Shown one piece after another: positions 9,958-17,737 of a stretch of 52,140 nt of DNA; position 1 is the stretch's first letter; each line of letters starts with the position of its first letter. This stretch comes from Candidatus Poseidoniales archaeon (GTDB lineage Archaea > Thermoplasmatota > Poseidoniia > Poseidoniales > Poseidoniaceae). The position numbers and the translations under genes are program-made. The stretch covers positions 15,924-68,063 of the forward strand of contig QQSA01000021.1 of the NCBI GenBank assembly GCA_003602535.1, given 5' to 3'. A model generated the notes under the pieces. It saw only the letters and a program-made list of their open reading frames with translations. It had not been told where the DNA came from and ran no database searches.

Positions 9958-12900
9958 CTTTCAAATTCGAACCAGTTTGATTCACTATTTGTTCGATACC
10001 ATTGCTTACCGTCATGCATTAGCCACGAGTATCCATTCTCATCGATTTGGTCTGCTATAGCATCTATTGGGGGCGCTGCTCCTATCTCGGGTAACAATTT
10101 CTGTTCTGGTTCAAAAAGTGGCGTTTGATCTACATCAGTAATCGGAGCAAACCCCTCAGTCATCATGTTTTCAGCATCTTGAAAATTATCATCTAACTCT
10201 GCTCTGATTCTTTCTAATCGAATACCTTGGTGAGGCCCAAGTAGGCGCAGCATCAGGCTATATTCCCACTTTAGAGCGACTTGCTCTAATTCATCTCTTG
10301 ATTTGGCATTCTCTAATTCTTCTTCATAGCGTGCGCATCTTCCATTACGTGTTACAAAGCCAAATAGAATCCATCCAAATATTGGTAGCCCTCCGAATAT
10401 TCCGATTAAATCCCATGCACCTAGTCCTATTTCTCCAATTTGGACTTCGAAACTATCTATCGGTGTATCATTAGGATCTAGTGGGTCAGTTCCAGAACGA
10501 ATCTCATCCGCATCAGTTACTAGATCATTATCGTCATCAGCATCTGAATTATCTCCAATACCATCTCCATCAGTGTCCAAGCATTCCTGTGCATTGTCCT
10601 TGAACGCATCAACCTCATCCATACATCCATCTGCATCTAAGTCGCCCGGGGAGGCTAGACGAGGTAAGATATCGATAGTATCGTTATATCCATCATTATC
10701 GAAATCGTTCAGATATGGGTCAGCATCTGTTCCATTTTGGTTATCTCCTAGTCCATCACCGTCTTCATCAATCCACTGAGTGGGATTGCTGGGAAACATG
10801 TCATACATTCTTCCTGCAGGATTATCTCCGTAACCATCACCATCTGCATCTGACCACTGTGTGGCATCATTACGAAAAGCATCAGGATTTGTTCCGCTTG
10901 GGTTGTCCCCATATCCGTCACCATCAATATCTCCCCATTGAGTAGGGTCGTTAGGGAATTTGTCAGCTCCAATACCCATTGGGTTGTCGCCCATTCCATC
11001 TCCATCCTTATCCTCGGCTTGAGTAGGGTCGTAAGGAAATGCGTCACTATCATCATCAATACCATCACGGTCAGAATCAGCGTGCCTGTTAGGATCATCA
11101 GGGTATGAATCTCCTAAGTTTCCTAGTGGGTTGTCTCCATATCCATCACCATCACTATCGTTTTGCTGAGTTGGGTCGAATGGAAATGCATCTAGTTCAT
11201 CAGAAACTCCATCTCCATCAGTGTCTAGGTATTCAGTCGGGTCATTAGGGAAGTCATCCCCTTCATCTGACCAGCCATCTCCGTCAGTATCTAAGCAGCC
11301 ATATCTATCGATTGTAGATGTGCCAAAGACAGTAGGGCATGAATCTCCAGCATTACCAAACTCTTCGTCACCATAGGTGTCACCATCTGTGTCGGACCAC
11401 TGTGTGGCGTCTAGATAGAACGCATCCGAGTTATCTCCAACCAAATCTCCATCAGTATCTTGCCATTCTGTGGGGTCATACTTGAATGGGTCAAGAATGT
11501 CTGGGCGGCCATCTCCGTCAGAATCAGGGCAGCCTTTCTCGAACTCCATTGTAGAGTTACCTGGGATTCTTGAGCAATAATCCTCGTAATCTTCGAAGCC
11601 ATCATTGTCATCATCATAATCTTCCAATGCGTCCATACAACCGTCACCATCTAAATCAGAAGTACTGGTTCTAATCCAGCCTGTCATACCTTTAGGACAA
11701 TTATCCAATGTGTCGTTTAATTGGTCATTATCATCATCATCATCTTCAATATCATCATGGCAGCCATCAGAATCATGGTCATTAATTGAGTTGGATATGA
11801 AGTAAGTTATTGATAGAGAACAATAATCTAGAACATCTACAACTAGGTCATTGTCATCATCGAAGTCCAATGAATTTGGGATTTCATCATTGTCAGAGTC
11901 TATGGTCATTATCGAGATATAAATCGATCTTGAACCTTGATTGATTAAATTGTTTCCGAAGGTGATTGATTGTGATTCAAATGTACCAGATAAATGCAAT
12001 TTACCAGATGAGTCTAACTCCATTGCTACCACAGATTCATGATTTGAACCTCCGGCAGACCGAGTCCAAGACGAAGTACCGTTTCTATCGAACTTTGTAA
12101 CAAATATGTCATCACTAGACCCTGTTGGTCCCCAATAAATTCCACCCCCAAAGGAAACAATATCAGAACCTGCGAATCCAGATACTATGATGTTGTTTGA
12201 ACCGTCGATTAAAACACTCCTTGGGTTAACATAGCAACTGCAATCAAAGTTTTTCGCCCATTCCCAAACTCCATTTTTGGATATTTTGGCCAAGAATCCG
12301 TTGGTCGAACCAGTACCTGAAAATGAATTATTTCCAATCTCTATTCCACTGTAATAATCTCCAATCAAAATTACATCAGAGTTGTTATCTAACTTTATAT
12401 CCCATATCCAATTTGTGCTCTGTGAATATGTAGGTGTCTGAACCCAATCTACTGAACCAGAATTGTTTATTTTCATAACTAAAAATTGCCTAAGAGAACC
12501 AGTTAAGGAATACTGAGCTATGTTTGTGTTACCGCTCCAATAACCTGACAAGTATGTGTTATCATTTTCATCAATAGCAATGGATGTGAAATACAGACCT
12601 TCTGATGCATATGTAGTTGAAGAAATTAAATTTCCTGCTGGGCTAAATTTTGATAGGATTCCATCATTACTTCCGTAGTTTGAGTACGCAACAACTATGT
12701 CGCCAGAAGATTCTACCGCTATTGAAAATGGACCTAAGGTATGACCTAGAGATGTAACCCATTCCCATGTTCCATTTGCTGATATTTTTGAGATATATCC
12801 CTCATGACTGATTGATGTAGTCGGATAAACATCGTAGTCCCCAAAACTAACTGTTCTTGAACCATATAACGATTTGAAGTATGATGTTATAATCAATCCA

Positions 12901-14162
12901 TCATTGTCATCAACTGCGATAGAACATCTATATTCTGGCCTTTGGCTGAAAGTTACAAGTGGCATTGTAGCATCCTGACCTTCAACTGAAGAGACCCATA
13001 AACAGGTATGGTTTGAAGAAAACTTTGCTACGAACGGTGCCACAGGAGTACTGGTAGATGATAAGTTGTGATATAAGTAGCAATTTTGTCCAAGATTGAC
13101 ATCGTCTCTAGTAGTCCCGTACACATAAATCTCTCCGGTGGAAGTAAATGCATAATCAATGATATCTTGGTCAGCGTTTGTTCCTAAAGAAATTCCTGAT
13201 TCCCAACCGAGAGGTTCGTTTATTGTGACATTAAATTTACCATTTGAGTTGGTTTGCCAGGGGTAGTCAAGGTGGCTGGTTTCGTTGAATACTGTGGCAG
13301 CAGCAGCTTGTTGCAGTTCTAGAACGAGGCCGTTTGATAGGCTTGTAGAATGAGATAGACCGACAGGATCGTTACCTGTAATCGTTGCATAGATTACCGC
13401 TGCAGCAAGATAAGAGCCGGAAAGTGAAGGATGACTTCCGTCACCTGTGTAGAGATTGTAGAACGTGTTTCCTGAATTAGTAGGCGTTCCACCCTCGGCT
13501 ACAATCTTGTCATGTATGTGCTCGAAAGCTAGGCCGACTGGTGCGACCCATGCGGTATCTCCATTGGCAGTAATGTTATCTCTGTAATCTAAGTAACCAC
13601 TTGCTAACTCATCTTGCATGTTTGAGAAATTAGAGAATCTTTGATTGTAGCCGTGCCAAGGATTAGCACCGTCTCCAGCTCGACGACCCCAAGTCATCAT
13701 CAGTACAGTCTCTCCACCATTATCTTCGATAACTTCAGCAAGTTCAACAGCGCCATCGTTGCTATTGATCCAATACGTATCTGTTCTTGGCAAGCCAGGA
13801 ACTTGGCTTTGGTCCTGCAATACAACCCAGTCCCATCCGCCATTGTTGAGTGTGGTATTCCATTGGTGGCCTGACGTTGCTACATTGCTAGCATGCTGTG
13901 ATAGTAACATACCACCACCATTGAGGCTTGAAACATTAGCCGGCTGTGAAGCAGCATTCATCACACCATCAACCAGATTGTGAAGTGAATTAGAGGCGAC
14001 GTAACTGTTTCCCATCAGAAGAATATCTGCTGGTCCTTGTCCTTGGCCGGGTCCTTCTTTAGATTCAAATTCCTCATCTAGGTAGTTCAAATCAACTGAT
14101 TGATATGGCATTAAGCACATCATGGCCATTACGGTTACCACAACCCAAGGCTTTGCTGTCAT
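9954..14162 (-). CDS. Large secreted, membrane-anchored protein: SGNH-like domain + SBBP-type beta-propeller + TSP3-like repeats
   Basis: Signal peptide; MGNSY, VVLQDQSQ and DGSHPS (SGNH-like); repeated F-x-x-K...G-x-W-x-W propeller blades; many DxDGDGxGDN repeats; TM (WDLIGIFGGLPIFGWILFGF) followed by a cytoplasmic module. Confidence 0.85.
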   Translation of the reverse strand: MTAKPWVVVTVMAMMCLMPYQSVDLNYLDEEFESKEGPGQGQGPADILLMGNSYVASNSLHNLVDGVMNAASQPANVSSLNGGGMLLSQHASNVATSGHQWNTTLNNGGWDWVVLQDQSQVPGLPRTDTYWINSNDGAVELAEVIEDNGGETVLMMTWGRRAGDGANPWHGYNQRFSNFSNMQDELASGYLDYRDNITANGDTAWVAPVGLAFEHIHDKIVAEGGTPTNSGNTFYNLYTGDGSHPSLSGSYLAAAVIYATITGNDPVGLSHSTSLSNGLVLELQQAAAATVFNETSHLDYPWQTNSNGKFNVTINEPLGWESGISLGTNADQDIIDYAFTSTGEIYVYGTTRDDVNLGQNCYLYHNLSSTSTPVAPFVAKFSSNHTCLWVSSVEGQDATMPLVTFSQRPEYRCSIAVDDNDGLIITSYFKSLYGSRTVSFGDYDVYPTTSISHEGYISKISANGTWEWVTSLGHTLGPFSIAVESSGDIVVAYSNYGSNDGILSKFSPAGNLISSTTYASEGLYFTSIAIDENDNTYLSGYWSGNTNIAQYSLTGSLRQFLVMKINNSGSVDWVQTPTYSQSTNWIWDIKLDNNSDVILIGDYYSGIEIGNNSFSGTGSTNGFLAKISKNGVWEWAKNFDCSCYVNPRSVLIDGSNNIIVSGFAGSDIVSFGGGIYWGPTGSSDDIFVTKFDRNGTSSWTRSAGGSNHESVVAMELDSSGKLHLSGTFESQSITFGNNLINQGSRSIYISIMTIDSDNDEIPNSLDFDDDNDLVVDVLDYCSLSITYFISNSINDHDSDGCHDDIEDDDDDNDQLNDTLDNCPKGMTGWIRTSTSDLDGDGCMDALEDYDDDNDGFEDYEDYCSRIPGNSTMEFEKGCPDSDGDGRPDILDPFKYDPTEWQDTDGDLVGDNSDAFYLDATQWSDTDGDTYGDEEFGNAGDSCPTVFGTSTIDRYGCLDTDGDGWSDEGDDFPNDPTEYLDTDGDGVSDELDAFPFDPTQQNDSDGDGYGDNPLGNLGDSYPDDPNRHADSDRDGIDDDSDAFPYDPTQAEDKDGDGMGDNPMGIGADKFPNDPTQWGDIDGDGYGDNPSGTNPDAFRNDATQWSDADGDGYGDNPAGRMYDMFPSNPTQWIDEDGDGLGDNQNGTDADPYLNDFDNDGYNDTIDILPRLASPGDLDADGCMDEVDAFKDNAQECLDTDGDGIGDNSDADDDNDLVTDADEIRSGTDPLDPNDTPIDSFEVQIGEIGLGAWDLIGIFGGLPIFGWILFGFVTRNGRCARYEEELENAKSRDELEQVALKWEYSLMLRLLGPHQGIRLERIRAELDDNFQDAENMMTEGFAPITDVDQTPLFEPEQKLLPEIGAAPPIDAIADQIDENGYSWLMHDGKQWYRTNSESNWFEFES

Positions 14163-14210
14163 AGTCTAACTAAGAGGCTATACACCATAACAATTGGCGT
14201 TACAAAATCG

Positions 14211-14477
14211 TTACATGTCTGCTGAATTATCCTCTGAATCATCTGTGCTTTTGCTAAATGTTTTGATCCATTTGAACAATATTCGTGAAAATACCATTGA
14301 GAATGCTAGGAATATCAGGGAGTACCACCATGGACCTGATGATTCTGTTGCTATCAACCAAGTTACAATTAGTATTCCTGCGCCATAAAATGCACGGAAA
14401 ATAGCGAATATAATGAATGACTTGAAGACATTGCTTGCCAATATATTTTGTAGACGTGAATCATTCATCTGATTCAC
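14211..14477 (-). CDS. Small two-TM membrane protein, coupled to the PIG-like gene upstream
   Basis: Two hydrophobic helices. GTG start overlaps the stop at 14474 (alternative ATG 14468). Confidence 0.7.
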   Translation of the reverse strand: MNQMNDSRLQNILASNVFKSFIIFAIFRAFYGAGILIVTWLIATESSGPWWYSLIFLAFSMVFSRILFKWIKTFSKSTDDSEDNSADM

Positions 14478-17134
14478 ATTCCACTACTGGTTTTGATGGA
14501 ATTTTTGTTTAGCCATTTGTCATACAGCATATAAGATAAAGTGACACCGGCAATTAATGCACAGAATAAAATGTCCCAAACCAGCTTGAAAACTATTCTT
14601 GGGAAGTCAGGAGAAATTGATAGTTGCATTGCTAAGAATGATACTCTGATAATTATCGCCATAAATGTAAATCTGATATCCCAACCGTTTGTTCTGAACA
14701 AGTTGAAGAACATTATTCCGACTAATACCGCAGGACCTGCACCCATGAATCCTACCCATGTGTTACTAGGAGATATCCGGTCTCCGATATAACCTCCTCT
14801 GAGAATTAAATTTCCTGGATTAATTTCTCTAGTGTGGAATAGTCCTTCAGTTTGTCCTAGTGTTGCCCACCATGCGTACCACATTCCAATGGGAATAATT
14901 GCTAGCATAGCTAAACGGCTTAAGTCAGATTTTTTATTCTCATTTCTGGTTTTAAGGAAATCCCATTCCTTGTTTATTATTGATTCAGTTGCACCGAAGA
15001 AGAACATACTTGTTGCTCCAGCCCAGGCACCCCAGCTCATTATTAACCATGCAAATGCACAGTAATGGAAGATAATTGATGACAGTTTCTTATTCGAGAA
15101 ATAATTGTAAATTGACATTGCAAATCCTATGCACAACACAGATAACATAATCCAATCGACAGTGTTGCTATTTTGACTAACCATTACAGGTATAGTCGCC
15201 ATTGTAGCAGATATAGCAATTCCATTTGTAAGTGGAATGTCTTTGTTCCGAGTAGCATAGATTAAAGTTGAAACAAATGCTATTGCAGCTGCCATCATCA
15301 CCATTCCAAAGTCATAGGATAGTGTCCAAAATATCATCTTGCGATTTGCTGAGAATCCATGAATCCTATGATCTGAATAGAATACAGTGGTAAATAATAC
15401 GCCCAATAGAGGGTAAAGAATGAATTTTGAAGTTCTTTCATTTTCTTTATCTGGAAGGAAAGTCTTCTTGTCGAGAACGAATAACAACAAAATTGCAAAA
15501 GCAATAACTGTAAATCTAGTTTCTACATAGATTAACATGAACGCCATCATTGTAGCAATACATGTTTGCGATGCATTACGTTTACGTTCGTCCAAATGAT
15601 TGGATTTTGTAATATAATATGCAATTCCTAATAATGCAATAGCAAGCAAAGCTAATCTGTACTCATAATAAAGTAGAGTTATTGCTAAAATAACATAGAT
15701 ATATGCTAGTTTTTTCAGCTGATTTTCATTAACTCTATCTGCTTTGGCAGTGTAATATGTAATTGCAAAAAATGCTATAGGGATGAATAGTCCAAGTGTA
15801 TAATAAATTCCAGTCAAATCTTCTCGTTTGTAGGCAAGAATTATTGAGGTTGTAAATAATAACTGTAGAGTTACTAAATCCATAATCATAATTTTTGGGT
15901 TATCTCCATCTTCCTTTAGAATTCTATAAAGTACTATGCTCAACAATAAAATTGAAAAAATAGTGACAAAAATATCAATTCCTCTAATTCCGATTTCATT
16001 ACCTGGGATTTTATTCCATTCAATATTGTCCGAACTAAGGCCTTCAACATAGTTATGACCATTTTCTTCCATCCATGAATTTCTTGCTAGTGCTGCATCC
16101 CAGTTCCATTGTTCATATGCAGCGATTTTTTCATCACTCAAGTCAAATGCTTCTAAAGGGATTTTGCCATGTACTGCATGGGGGAATGGAAGTGAGAAGA
16201 GGATAGATGGGAGAGTAGCTAGGTCTCTTTGAACCATGTCCTTAATTACCGCTTTTTTGATATTAGGGCCCCACATGAAGGCTGCAGTTTCACGTATAAT
16301 CATGTCTGGAGCGCCATGTTGGCCTGAATCAGTAAGTCCATGATCAGAAGTAACTACAACCGTCCAACTTTCAGGAACTATTCGGAATATTTCTTCAAGA
16401 GAATCATCAAGCATGGTTAATTTTTCCAGATATGTTTCTCCTACTCCATATCTGTGCCCAACACTGTCTAAACCTGCCAAATGAGCAACAATAACATTGG
16501 GTGCTCTGTCATAACCTTCAGGAGGATTGCCTTCAACCCAGGATTTTAACTCTACAAATCCTTCTTCATCGCCTTGATAATAATCTGCATGTCCATATCT
16601 GTGCTTTGCAAATGGAATAATTTCTCTGTCTGGGTAAAGGTCTTTCCAAACATAATCTCCTAGGATTCCAAATGTGTGATCATATTCTCCATCTCCGTCA
16701 CCGTCATGAGTACTAACTAAGTTCCATCCATCTGGAGTTCCTGGATGAACTGGATGGAAATTATTCAATCCTTCATTAGGTCTAGAAGGTACGCCAGTTG
16801 CCATTTCTTTGACACAAACAGCGGTCATAGTTATTGGATTAGATAGCATTTCCATATATGCTCCATCTGCAACCCTTCTATTCAGATTAGGCATATATTC
16901 AGAATTACTCATTTCAGCCCTTCTTCCACCGTCTAGAACAACGAATAATAGTCCCTCCGATAATGGTTCATCCGGGAATGGATTTGGTTCAACAGCCATC
17001 TCATCGGTTGGGTTCGGTGAATCAGAAACAATGTAGTCCCCAGTGATGAGGAAAGAGGGTAGTGAAATAATCACAATGGCTAAAACAGCCTTGTGATATT
17101 TGTTGTTCAACCACGAGATGCTTTCTTCCCCCAA
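14474..17134 (-). CDS. Alkaline-phosphatase-superfamily membrane protein resembling GPI ethanolamine-phosphate transferases (PIG-O/PIG-G)
   Basis: N-terminal TM; VVLDGGR, PITMT..KEMATG, GDYVWKDLYP, AHLAGLDSVGH, TSDHGLTDSGQHG and QRDLATLPSILFSLPFP; followed by a large polytopic TM domain. Confidence 0.8.
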   Translation of the reverse strand: MGEESISWLNNKYHKAVLAIVIISLPSFLITGDYIVSDSPNPTDEMAVEPNPFPDEPLSEGLLFVVLDGGRRAEMSNSEYMPNLNRRVADGAYMEMLSNPITMTAVCVKEMATGVPSRPNEGLNNFHPVHPGTPDGWNLVSTHDGDGDGEYDHTFGILGDYVWKDLYPDREIIPFAKHRYGHADYYQGDEEGFVELKSWVEGNPPEGYDRAPNVIVAHLAGLDSVGHRYGVGETYLEKLTMLDDSLEEIFRIVPESWTVVVTSDHGLTDSGQHGAPDMIIRETAAFMWGPNIKKAVIKDMVQRDLATLPSILFSLPFPHAVHGKIPLEAFDLSDEKIAAYEQWNWDAALARNSWMEENGHNYVEGLSSDNIEWNKIPGNEIGIRGIDIFVTIFSILLLSIVLYRILKEDGDNPKIMIMDLVTLQLLFTTSIILAYKREDLTGIYYTLGLFIPIAFFAITYYTAKADRVNENQLKKLAYIYVILAITLLYYEYRLALLAIALLGIAYYITKSNHLDERKRNASQTCIATMMAFMLIYVETRFTVIAFAILLLFVLDKKTFLPDKENERTSKFILYPLLGVLFTTVFYSDHRIHGFSANRKMIFWTLSYDFGMVMMAAAIAFVSTLIYATRNKDIPLTNGIAISATMATIPVMVSQNSNTVDWIMLSVLCIGFAMSIYNYFSNKKLSSIIFHYCAFAWLIMSWGAWAGATSMFFFGATESIINKEWDFLKTRNENKKSDLSRLAMLAIIPIGMWYAWWATLGQTEGLFHTREINPGNLILRGGYIGDRISPSNTWVGFMGAGPAVLVGIMFFNLFRTNGWDIRFTFMAIIIRVSFLAMQLSISPDFPRIVFKLVWDILFCALIAGVTLSYMLYDKWLNKNSIKTSSGM

Positions 17135-17298
17135 TACGATTTCAATAATTCATAGATATATCACTTGTTGCAGTAGATGTAAAGAAAATGTCGAACCAAT
17201 ATGATTTATTGAATGCGGAATAAACTCAATGCAGATTAATGCAAGGTTTTTTGTAAAGGTTTACTTTTGCTCCAATCATAGAAGGAGTAGTGAAATTA

Positions 17299-17314
17299 TT
17301 TCGTCTAGCCTAAA
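17299..17314. promoter_or_regulatory. Putative DtxR/SirR-family operator upstream of the ferritin-like gene
   Basis: TTTCGTCT|AGCCTAAA near-palindrome, 2 mismatches from TTTAGGCTAGCCTAAA, ending 9 nt before the ATG. Confidence 0.4.
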
Positions 17315-17323
17315 GGTGGTAAA

Positions 17324-17737
17324 ATGTCAGAACTATTAAAAAAAATGAACAAAGCACTAGGATTAGAATTGCGCGCGATAAATATGTATGCACATTATGC
17401 TGCTTATGTCAAAGGTTTACATCGATTGCAACTAGAACCGCTTTTCCAAAGTGAAGCAACCGAATCAATGTTACATGCAGCAACAATTCGGAATGCAATC
17501 GTCAAGCATGGCGGCAAATGTGTCACTGAGAGGGATTCTAATCCAATAAATCATACAGAAAATTACAGAGACATGTTACAGGGTGCCCTAGATACCGAAA
17601 TCAAAGCGGCTGCTACATATGGCGAACTTTTGCAAATGCTTGAAGATATAGATGATCGAGAATTGTATGATAGTGTTGAACAGATTTACTTAACAGAGTT
17701 AAGATCAGTCGAAGAAATGAGATTGCTTTTGAATTAA
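17324..17737 (+). CDS. Ferritin-like (bacterioferritin-type four-helix bundle) protein
   Basis: LGLELRAINMY, EATESMLHA, TEIKAAATY and LTELRSVEE follow the bacterioferritin helix pattern; 137 aa. Confidence 0.85.
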   Translation: MSELLKKMNKALGLELRAINMYAHYAAYVKGLHRLQLEPLFQSEATESMLHAATIRNAIVKHGGKCVTERDSNPINHTENYRDMLQGALDTEIKAAATYGELLQMLEDIDDRELYDSVEQIYLTELRSVEEMRLLLN

